From positions 1 through 56,011 of IMG/VR virus record IMGVR_UViG_3300045911_000087: a DNA stretch of 56,011 nucleotides; one strand, given 5' to 3'. The notes beneath the pieces were generated by a model that saw only the letters and a program-made list of their open reading frames with translations, was not told the DNA's origin and ran no database searches. Shown here piece by piece: positions 28,659 to 36,365 of the stretch; the first letter of the stretch is position 1, and each line of letters begins with the position of its first letter. Source of the stretch: a virus. Its lineage: Duplodnaviria; Caudoviricetes. The position numbers and the translations under genes were made by a program.

Positions 28659-29402
28659 TTAATCGAATATTTGTAATTGATTCTTTTCTGATATAAAAAC
28701 ATTCTCTCCAAACGCCAATTCAAACCATACGTTGTAAATTCCACATTCGAGTTCATTCGTGTCTAGGAAATAGTAAGCATACATTTTTTCCCGATAGTCC
28801 ACGAGGGCACGATCTACTAACAGGCGTAAATCTTGTTCTGCCGGGACACACTCCCCGCAGGCAATTTCAATAGATACCCGTAAATCTGAGACTATGGCGA
28901 GATTTTCGTAGTAGGGTAGTATATCGGACCCTCGTGGGACATTCGGGGTTATTTGTATGATTATGTATCTCTTTGTTCCCTTGCGTATTTTGTTTGGTCT
29001 GAAGGCAAAGCTGAAGTCATATATCGGTGGTACAGGAGAAGTAAACCATAAGTCGGGATAAATTACAAAGTTATTTGTGATACAAGCTGTTTGACATTCG
29101 CCGTCCTCAAATGTCACATACCAAGCATCGACATATCTCCCGATTGTATAAAGCGGATCGGCAATCGGGACTTCAATTAAATATTGTCCGGTGGCTTCTT
29201 GAACAACGTCATCGGCAGAAATTGTTTGCACCAGTCTGCGACCATCTGGATTGGTGGAACTAACTTCATTGGGATCAAGGAAATAAATTTCTATCTTTTC
29301 GATAGACTGCACATTTCTACGGTTATTGGAATTGTATGTCAATAACCGTAGACGCACGGTGTCACCGCAGACCGGATTTTGCATTCTTTCTTTGGTTGCC
29401 AC
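28659..29402 (-). CDS. Virion structural protein, probably two beta-sandwich domains
   Basis: TGQYLIEV, YVDAWYVTF, GIYNVWFEL; tail-module context. Confidence 0.5.
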   Translation of the reverse strand: MATKERMQNPVCGDTVRLRLLTYNSNNRRNVQSIEKIEIYFLDPNEVSSTNPDGRRLVQTISADDVVQEATGQYLIEVPIADPLYTIGRYVDAWYVTFEDGECQTACITNNFVIYPDLWFTSPVPPIYDFSFAFRPNKIRKGTKRYIIIQITPNVPRGSDILPYYENLAIVSDLRVSIEIACGECVPAEQDLRLLVDRALVDYREKMYAYYFLDTNELECGIYNVWFELAFGENVFISEKNQLQIFD

Positions 29403-29407
29403 TTATC

Positions 29408-29650
29408 TTATCTCCTTCTTGAAGCTGCTTGGGCCTTTCTTCTCTGGGCTTCCATTGCTTCGTTTTCTTGTTCTTTCTGCTGGACAAACCTATCAATTAA
29501 CCACTTTCTGGTATTGATAGGCATAGACATGCTGCTATGCAGCCCTTGACGCAAGTGATACATGAAGAAGAATTGCTCTTCTAGCAAGTTTTTCCCCAAA
29601 GTTAGGCTTGGATGTTCTCGGCCTTCTTCTTCCGGGGGAAGAAAAAATTT
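29408..29650 (-). CDS. gp51-like / tail assembly chaperone extension, probably reached by -1 frameshift
   Basis: LLEEQFFFMYHL...MPINTRKWLIDRF; the reading frame opens at slippery AAATTTTTTC; no ATG start. Confidence 0.65.
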   Translation of the reverse strand, partial: KFFLPPEEEGREHPSLTLGKNLLEEQFFFMYHLRQGLHSSMSMPINTRKWLIDRFVQQKEQENEAMEAQRRKAQAASRRR

Positions 29651-30732
29651 GCTTCAAGAGGCAAGTCCATTTCAAATTCTTGGAGGCAACTTGGGCAGAA
29701 AATTTCCACGTTTGTATCCACGCCGAATGGTGGCTCATTGATACAGTTGCGGATATGAGCAACGTCATTGATCGGCAAATTCTTCAAGAGAATTTGAAGC
29801 TCAGACTTGTCAGTAATTCCGTCAATATCTTCGAGCAACATCGACGTTCTGTGAGTCAAGGTGTCGTCTGCCGCTTGATCGCCGTAGGTCTTGAGTCTTC
29901 GATCACGATATTCTGTGATTTCTTGTTCATCACGACCTGTGGAAAGACGGTAATGGAAAACCAAACCAGTTGTTGGCAATGTGTCTTCGAGCATTGGGCC
30001 GAATTCGTCTGGGCAATGCTCAACATAAAGGCTTGCCAAATCAATATCAGCCGAGAATTTCTTCTCGCACTCTGGGCACTTTACTTCTACATCGTAGTGA
30101 TTTGAGTAAGAAATACCACGAAGATAAATCAAAAGATAAGTTCTGTCAGCAGTCAAAAGATTTTCTGGTTGGAAGTTTTCCATCATACAACGCTTGAAAA
30201 TCATGTTGATGGCTTGGCCCTTCCGAACGAATCTCGGTGTGGCAAGAATTTGCTCTTCTTCGCCGGTCATTTGACGGATACTGAGGATGCCGTTGCTTGG
30301 ACCATTTACGCCGTCGTAGAACTTGCCCTTAGATGGAAGTTGAACTTCTTCGTAGTTATAAGTCGAAGACTTCAACTGTTGCAAAAGGTCTTTCAAGTGA
30401 CCAGAGTGAGTATCGTGACGAACAATTTCTGGACCTTGCTTAGCTTCGTTTGTAAATCTCTTGCTTCCCTTACCGGCTGGTCTTTCCTTTAGAGAAGAAA
30501 ATGGCTTTGGTGCTGCCGCCCCTACTTGCTCGCTTAAAGGAACATTGGGGTCGGATTGCTGGGCCATCTTGAGTGCCTGCAAAAACTCCTTGGGTACATT
30601 TCCTTTGACCTCTACGCTGCCTGCGTCTGGCTTAGATTCTTGTTCATCATCACTCAATGCTTTGCGAACGGCTTCGGCCTTCTTTAATTCGTCATCATCT
30701 ACTTTTCTTGGACGGAATACATCGTCTGCCAT
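29602..30732 (-). CDS. T4 gp26-like baseplate hub / tail assembly chaperone
   Basis: LPSKGKFY, MTGEEEQIL, LLTADRTYLLIYLRGISY, CPEC, CPSC, NFFFP. Confidence 0.8.
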   Translation of the reverse strand: MADDVFRPRKVDDDELKKAEAVRKALSDDEQESKPDAGSVEVKGNVPKEFLQALKMAQQSDPNVPLSEQVGAAAPKPFSSLKERPAGKGSKRFTNEAKQGPEIVRHDTHSGHLKDLLQQLKSSTYNYEEVQLPSKGKFYDGVNGPSNGILSIRQMTGEEEQILATPRFVRKGQAINMIFKRCMMENFQPENLLTADRTYLLIYLRGISYSNHYDVEVKCPECEKKFSADIDLASLYVEHCPDEFGPMLEDTLPTTGLVFHYRLSTGRDEQEITEYRDRRLKTYGDQAADDTLTHRTSMLLEDIDGITDKSELQILLKNLPINDVAHIRNCINEPPFGVDTNVEIFCPSCLQEFEMDLPLEANFFFPRKKKAENIQA

Positions 30733-30813
30733 ATTTTTCTCCTTGTACTACTCTTTTAATTCGAGCGTCTAATTTCATCATAGTGTGGTTGAATAAATTT
30801 TGAGGCCGATTTC

Positions 30814-31176
30814 ATGATACTCAATTTGCAAAATGTAGAAGATTTAGTTTTCTTCGACAAAAAGGTATGGGACACTCTCCCAGAATTTCGACCTCTTTTT
30901 GAGCAATGGGCACTCAGTAAAAGAGTGCCCGGTATGCAAAACTTAGGCAAACGCAGCCTAATTGATTTCTTGAACTCCCTAGAAAAATCCCATTTGGATA
31001 AGCTAGAAGAGTATTTCCACGATATAATTGTACTGGATAAAATTGATTATCACACAGTCCAGAATTATAATGGCAAGATAGACGAAATCCAATCAGAATT
31101 GTGTAGATTCGAGGGATTTGTAGATTTTTCGGCCTATCGCAAAGGCGACCAAATAAGTTTAACATTCTGGAAATGA
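30814..31176 (+). CDS. Hypothetical protein
   Basis: 120-aa ORF heading a tightly packed + strand run. Confidence 0.6.
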   Translation: MILNLQNVEDLVFFDKKVWDTLPEFRPLFEQWALSKRVPGMQNLGKRSLIDFLNSLEKSHLDKLEEYFHDIIVLDKIDYHTVQNYNGKIDEIQSELCRFEGFVDFSAYRKGDQISLTFWK

Positions 31177-31183
31177 GGTAAAA

Positions 31184-31645
31184 ATGACCACTTTAGCTTT
31201 TTTGATGTTTATTTTGACAACCATCGGGATGGCCCATATCATTGTCGATGGTTCTATTTTTGAAACGCCAAGAAAATTGATTAAGGAATATTCGGCCAGA
31301 GCTAAAAATTCCTCCTTCAATTTGAAGGTGATCCTTACTGCGGTTGCAGCGGCGGTGTGCGTCCTTTGGACATTTAAGTTTGGATTTACAGGACTTCCAT
31401 ATTTTGCAGCTTTGATGGTCGTGCTAATTCTATGGGCCGACTTTGGCTCTGTTGTTGATTGTTATTTGTGTTCTGGTACTTGGGCCGGTTTCCTGATGGG
31501 CAATATATGGTTGACCCAAGACCCATTGCAAATTTTTGCTTGTGGATGTGCGGGTGGTTTCGTAGCTAACTTAGCAGCAATGCTTTTGAATTGGATCGAA
31601 GCATCAACCATAGTCAAGTTACCAAGTGACGACAAAGAGGAATAA
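31184..31645 (+). CDS. Membrane protein (DUF1360-like)
   Basis: Several hydrophobic helices; CYLCSGTWAG. Confidence 0.6.
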   Translation: MTTLAFLMFILTTIGMAHIIVDGSIFETPRKLIKEYSARAKNSSFNLKVILTAVAAAVCVLWTFKFGFTGLPYFAALMVVLILWADFGSVVDCYLCSGTWAGFLMGNIWLTQDPLQIFACGCAGGFVANLAAMLLNWIEASTIVKLPSDDKEE

Positions 31646-31947
31646 TGTCCCTAAAACGCTATCAATTATATTGTGAAATCTGCGGCTATAAGAGATTAAC
31701 TGATGGAACCGATATTCAAGATTTGGTTCCGGTTAAAACGTCTAAAATACAACACGAATTGCCCTTTATCGACCCGATGACGAAGAAGACCGTTACGCCT
31801 CCTTATAAAGCACAACGCCTTCGTTTCAAATGCCCAAAATGCGGCAGGGTCATTATGTCTAAACAAATAGAATTTGTCGAGGAAGTAAATGAAACTGGTA
31901 ACACTGCTGGACGTGAAACAGGCTCTTCGGGACTCCCGATTTCGTGA
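31645..31947 (+). CDS. Zinc-ribbon protein
   Basis: CEICG and CPKCG. Confidence 0.6.
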   Translation: MSLKRYQLYCEICGYKRLTDGTDIQDLVPVKTSKIQHELPFIDPMTKKTVTPPYKAQRLRFKCPKCGRVIMSKQIEFVEEVNETGNTAGRETGSSGLPIS

Positions 31948-32266
31948 AAGTCTACCGAAGTCTCTTAATGAAGATGTTCAAAAATATCTGAACAATCCGG
32001 GTTGTGCCTGCAATACGCCACTCTATCGTAAGATACTCAAGGAATGTACAGAACAACTAAAGTCGTATTTCCCCAATCGCTCTTTATCAAACATAGACGA
32101 AGAAATCAAAAAGTTGGCAGAGAACAACTGGACTGTCATCAACTGTCATATTAACGAGCTTGAAGACAAAATGCGTAAGCTGCCAAAAGGTCGCAAACAA
32201 ATCGCTATGACCCGCTATGAAGATCAAGTCACGGTAATCATTAACGAACTTGAGATTTTATTCTAA
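31889..32266 (+). CDS. Hypothetical protein
   Basis: 125-aa ORF with NPGCACN. Confidence 0.6.
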   Translation: MKLVTLLDVKQALRDSRFRESLPKSLNEDVQKYLNNPGCACNTPLYRKILKECTEQLKSYFPNRSLSNIDEEIKKLAENNWTVINCHINELEDKMRKLPKGRKQIAMTRYEDQVTVIINELEILF

Positions 32267-33182
32267 TTGCTTTGGAGATTACCTCGTCACAAGATGCAAT
32301 CATTTTGTCGGGGTAATCTTTGTATTTTGATATATCAAATGGCCACTCATCAGAATTAAGTCGCCTAGACCCAAGAATCTTGGCATTTTCATAGAAGCAC
32401 TTTGCTTTTCCGTACTCATCAGCTTCGTAGTAAATGTCCCCCAAAAGGCACCAAAATTCGGCCATCAATGGCTTCTCTGCAAAACAATACATCAGCAACT
32501 CAAGTGCCTTGCGTTGATCTTTTAGAACGTAGCAATAAACTGTGGCCATATAATAGCGAGTCATTATCGAAGCCATTGTCATTTTCTTTTCTTGAAATAA
32601 GAAATGGTTGGCAAGGTCGATGAATTCTTTCCACTTGCTTTGTGTAAGAAAAATGCAGGCTTTGTAATAGTGGTATTCAAAAGCCATTGGGTTGTTGCTT
32701 TTCCAAGCCTCTAACAATTCGAGATTTCTCTCTGTCAGGTCTGGTGGTGTGGATCGAATATAGATGCCAGTCGGCCCAGCAGTTCCCGGTATAATTTCGT
32801 AAACCGGGTTTTTATATTTGATTTTTCTGCTTTTATGCCACAACCTGATCGGCTTGGTTATCAATGTGTTTTGAATGATATTACAACGATAATTACCTTC
32901 ATCTAAACCTTCTATCTCTTCCAAACCAGTCAAAACTTCTTCCCAAGGTTCAAGCTGAAGGTTCCATTCTGTTTCTTTTTGACACAACTCATTGCGAATA
33001 GCACTAAGATCATTACGGAAATTCATCCGAATGACTTCGCCATATTTCTTGCAAATATCTGCCGTCTTGTCTGTGCATCCTATGTCTGCAAATAAAAACT
33101 TTGCGTTCAATGAAGACACTGAATCAATCGCTTTTTGAATCGTTTTTTGATTGTTCTGTATTACCATGTGAATCGTTATCAT
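32241..33182 (-). CDS. GT2-like glycosyltransferase with C-terminal TPR repeats
   Basis: MVIQNNQKTI, DIGCTDKT, DLSAIRN; TPR-like AEFWCLLGDIYY...AKCFYENA. The DxD site looks degenerate (LEPWE). Confidence 0.7.
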   Translation of the reverse strand: MITIHMVIQNNQKTIQKAIDSVSSLNAKFLFADIGCTDKTADICKKYGEVIRMNFRNDLSAIRNELCQKETEWNLQLEPWEEVLTGLEEIEGLDEGNYRCNIIQNTLITKPIRLWHKSRKIKYKNPVYEIIPGTAGPTGIYIRSTPPDLTERNLELLEAWKSNNPMAFEYHYYKACIFLTQSKWKEFIDLANHFLFQEKKMTMASIMTRYYMATVYCYVLKDQRKALELLMYCFAEKPLMAEFWCLLGDIYYEADEYGKAKCFYENAKILGSRRLNSDEWPFDISKYKDYPDKMIASCDEVISKAIRIKSQVR

Positions 33183-33327
33183 GGAATCTAGTCCTCATTA
33201 AATGCTCGAATGCATCGGCCTCATTTTTCATACCTTTGTTTCTATAATAAGTCTGTAAATCCTTATAGAACTTAGGTGCGAAGGGCTTGTCGATCATGTC
33301 GCTAAATAGTTTAAATAACTTTAACAA
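33124..33327 (-). CDS. Hypothetical protein
   Basis: 67-aa ORF overlapping the GT start. Confidence 0.45.
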   Translation of the reverse strand: MLKLFKLFSDMIDKPFAPKFYKDLQTYYRNKGMKNEADAFEHLMRTRFHDNDSHGNTEQSKNDSKSD

Positions 33328-34156
33328 TTTTGCCCCCGTTAGAAATTGTTTGGCAATGCAAAAGCCGTGGGAAGGTTCCTGTTCAAAAAAGCCTTGGCAC
33401 TACAGAGTTACGGCTGTAATTCCTTGTATGGATACATACGATTCATTGGAAATTGCCGTCAAGCTGCTCCAACTACAAAGTGAAACACCATACATTGTTA
33501 TTATTGACACAGGCAGTCTTCCAGAAATCTATTCTAAAATAGAAAGTCTTCGCTCAGAAAGTGTGGAAGTTCATTGCCTTCGCTTAAATTCTACAACACA
33601 TCCATCAGATTTCCCAGCAATAGCAATGGATTTGGCATTTTCTTTGTGTCGCACTCCCTATCTGTTTGCTACCCACGCTGACGTTTTTCTCAAAAAGAAG
33701 ACGCTTCTAGCTGACATGATTGATCTTTGCGAAAAGGAATCCCCGGTTGTCGGATATGAAATCAGCCCTCGCAGCCATGATGACTGGAAAGGAATGGTTT
33801 CTCATACTGCAACCATGTACCACATGGCAACTATGGACAAAATTGGCTTTGGATGGAGTCTCCGAAGACTTTGCAATCTGTTTAATATTTCTGATCCACG
33901 ACCAAATCCCAACCGCCCATGTTGGCCAGATACTGAGTTATTAGGGAACTATTTACTTAGGAAAAATAATATCGTTCCACTTTTGATTGGAAAAGAACAA
34001 AACTTCCAAAGAACGAATGATGAAAATATAGACCATTTCAGGAGTTATACGTCATCAAAATTATACAGTAATAGCTATTTTAAGATGGCTAGTGAATGGT
34101 ATGAAGAGGCACGGACTAAGGCTCTCGAAAGAATGTGTGAATGGGTGAAAGAATGA
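33287..34156 (+). CDS. GT2 glycosyltransferase; start uncertain
   Basis: VTAVIPC, IIDTGS, THADVF. Confidence 0.75.
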   Translation: MSIMSLNSLNNFNNFAPVRNCLAMQKPWEGSCSKKPWHYRVTAVIPCMDTYDSLEIAVKLLQLQSETPYIVIIDTGSLPEIYSKIESLRSESVEVHCLRLNSTTHPSDFPAIAMDLAFSLCRTPYLFATHADVFLKKKTLLADMIDLCEKESPVVGYEISPRSHDDWKGMVSHTATMYHMATMDKIGFGWSLRRLCNLFNISDPRPNPNRPCWPDTELLGNYLLRKNNIVPLLIGKEQNFQRTNDENIDHFRSYTSSKLYSNSYFKMASEWYEEARTKALERMCEWVKE

Positions 34157-34237
34157 AAGTGAAAAGTACAATTAGCGCAGTAGATAGATACCCAAGTTCT
34201 TTTGAAACGTCCTCTCGAAAAGAGGATAAGGAGAGGA

Positions 34238-34786
34238 ATGGCCAACGAATACCTAAACAACAAAAAGTTCGAGAGTTTGATTTCTAAATTTCTGACGTGT
34301 AAGAAAGAAAAAACCAAGTATTTACTTTTAATCGAGGACATACGGGAAACAGAAGCAAGAACATCGAATCGAAAGAAATATAAGAAGCCCGATAATTGGG
34401 AAGAAATAGAGAAGACTTTTGCCTCACTTGTGGCAGAATATCAAGAACTTCAAGGAGAGTTGACGACGGCGTTCTATCTCTTATCTGAGAATATTGTCAG
34501 ATACCGCAAGTTCAATCTTATTGATCCCGATGATGCAATTCAAGAAGGTGTTATGATTTGCTTTGAAAAAGTAGATCGTTTCGATCCAGATAAGGGAAAA
34601 GCCTTCAATTACATGACGACTTGTATTATCAATCATTTCCGGCAGCTTTATAGGACCGCTCGAAACTACAATGAACTCAAAAAGAAGTATCACGATTTTT
34701 TATCTGTAAAGGTGGACCAGCCGATTCCACCGATGCGAGCGAATAAGCAATTCTACAAAAAACAAGATATTAACGCCAAATATTGA
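34238..34786 (+). CDS. Late transcription sigma factor (T4 gp55-like)
   Basis: YLNNKKF, DDAIQEG, RFDPDKG.AFNYMTTCI; strong SD before ATG 34238. Confidence 0.8.
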   Translation: MANEYLNNKKFESLISKFLTCKKEKTKYLLLIEDIRETEARTSNRKKYKKPDNWEEIEKTFASLVAEYQELQGELTTAFYLLSENIVRYRKFNLIDPDDAIQEGVMICFEKVDRFDPDKGKAFNYMTTCIINHFRQLYRTARNYNELKKKYHDFLSVKVDQPIPPMRANKQFYKKQDINAKY

Positions 34787-34810
34787 CATTGGTGTTTTTT
34801 CCATTATAAT
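34783..34810 (+). promoter_or_regulatory. Consensus sigma70 promoter
   Basis: TTGACA-16 nt-TATAAT. Confidence 0.6.
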
Positions 34811-34817
34811 TATTGAG

Positions 34818-34852
34818 GGCTAATAGGTGCAAAAACACCTATTGGCCGTTTT
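34818..34852 (+). terminator. Intrinsic terminator
   Basis: GGCTAATAGGTG-caaaaa-CACCTATTGGCC followed by TTTTT. Confidence 0.65.
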
Positions 34853-34873
34853 TATCTAGGAAATACTTGAAAT

Positions 34874-35146
34874 ATGAACAATGGCGATCTTATAGAACAA
34901 ATTGAAAAACAGGAATTGCTCCAAAAATTGATCGACAAAGGTTATGGGAATCTGATCGACGCTCTTTTAAGTAACGAAAAAGAAGTATACACAAAAAAAG
35001 GCAGACTCAACAAAAGTGGAGCCTGCCGTGTTTTAGGTTGGAAGCCTAAAGAGCTTGATGAAGCTCTGGCTCAATGCCGTGAAATACTTAAAAGGGATAT
35101 ATTCACCGAAGATGGCGAAGATGACGACGAAGATTCTAAGCGGTAA
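34874..35146 (+). CDS. Small HTH-like protein with acidic tail
   Basis: LNKSGACRVLGWKPKELDEALAQCREIL. Confidence 0.55.
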   Translation: MNNGDLIEQIEKQELLQKLIDKGYGNLIDALLSNEKEVYTKKGRLNKSGACRVLGWKPKELDEALAQCREILKRDIFTEDGEDDDEDSKR

Positions 35147-35666
35147 TTACATACGCTCTGTCGTATCTTAGGGTCAATTCCAAAGTTACTATATCACTGG
35201 ATGCCATATCCAAGTCTCCGAATTCTACGGCTTGCGGCCAAATAGATTCAAAAACCCATTGCTCAATGGTTTTTCCGCAACCGTCGTAGAGTTCTAGTCT
35301 GGCGGTGTTCTTTTTGAACCCGTCACAGGAAGGAACCCAACGAGCATCTTGTTGAGGGTCATAGACCTCTTTTATCCACTCAAAGACCGGGTGTTGACTT
35401 GACCCCGGTTTTTTTATGTCATACAAGCTGAGTGTGATCGGTTTCCATTCGGGCTTAGCTGGGAAATATACAGTCTCATTTAAGTGTTGAGCTTCCATTT
35501 CCTTGAAGCTGAAGCTCGGTCTGGCCCCTCTCGATGGCGGAAGTGTGTTTACACCTTCGGCGGAAACATCGGGGATGATTAACAACCAACGATGCTTTCG
35601 CTTGAAACAGGCTTCGGGACTTTCTAGCCCAAAGTCCAATCCCATGTTTCTTCCGTTACAACCCAT
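35136..35666 (-). CDS. Tail tube protein (gp19-like) paralog 2
   Basis: RPSFSF, WKPITLSLYD, WPQAVEFGDLD, ELTLRYD. Confidence 0.85.
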   Translation of the reverse strand: MGCNGRNMGLDFGLESPEACFKRKHRWLLIIPDVSAEGVNTLPPSRGARPSFSFKEMEAQHLNETVYFPAKPEWKPITLSLYDIKKPGSSQHPVFEWIKEVYDPQQDARWVPSCDGFKKNTARLELYDGCGKTIEQWVFESIWPQAVEFGDLDMASSDIVTLELTLRYDRAYVITA

Positions 35667-35746
35667 TCTACTCCTTTGTCTATAAAAAAAGCCCCACACT
35701 AAGAAAGTATGAGGCTCTTAAATCTCTATCTAAAGTGATTTGAAGG

Positions 35747-36334
35747 TTAGCAACCACCGCAGCAAACTGTGATCGAGCCACCGCAGAAGAGTTCGAGTTT
35801 AACTTCAGCATAACGAAGGGTTAGTTCGATTGTTACTTCTTCCGAAGAAGAGTAGTCCAATTCGCCAAAGTTAACGGCTTGCGGCCAAACTTGTCTGAGT
35901 GTCCACTTTTCCATTACAGTACCGCAACCATCATATAGTTGCAAAGTACCAATGCCTGCGTAACCACCACTGTTCTGTCCAGCACCAATCTTGGACGCTT
36001 GAGACAAGCAGACCGGATCAGTAAAGTTGTAAACTGTGGCCAACCAGCTATAAAGACCCGACATACCAGCGCCGCCGTTACCAATGTCATAGTAGGTGAC
36101 GGTGATGGATTCCCAAGTCCCTTTACCCGGAAGGAACATCTTGCCGTGCAAGAAGTTGATTTCGGTTTCTTCAATCGTCAAGTTCGGGCGAGACGCCAAC
36201 TTGACATAGTGTGGCGGAATGGCTGGACCGCAAGGGGATTCCAGCGCAAACGTCCATCTATACTTTCTTTTGAATACCAAATTGGTGTTGGACGCTAATT
36301 CGCCCAAACCCATATTTTGTTGTGTACATGCCAT
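35747..36334 (-). CDS. Tail tube protein (gp19-like)
   Basis: RPNLTIEETEI, GKGTWESITVTYYD, WPQAVNFGELDYS; directly after the sheath gene. Confidence 0.9.
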   Translation of the reverse strand: MACTQQNMGLGELASNTNLVFKRKYRWTFALESPCGPAIPPHYVKLASRPNLTIEETEINFLHGKMFLPGKGTWESITVTYYDIGNGGAGMSGLYSWLATVYNFTDPVCLSQASKIGAGQNSGGYAGIGTLQLYDGCGTVMEKWTLRQVWPQAVNFGELDYSSSEEVTIELTLRYAEVKLELFCGGSITVCCGGC

Positions 36335-36365
36335 ATTAGTTAATCTCCTATAGTTTTATCCAATA

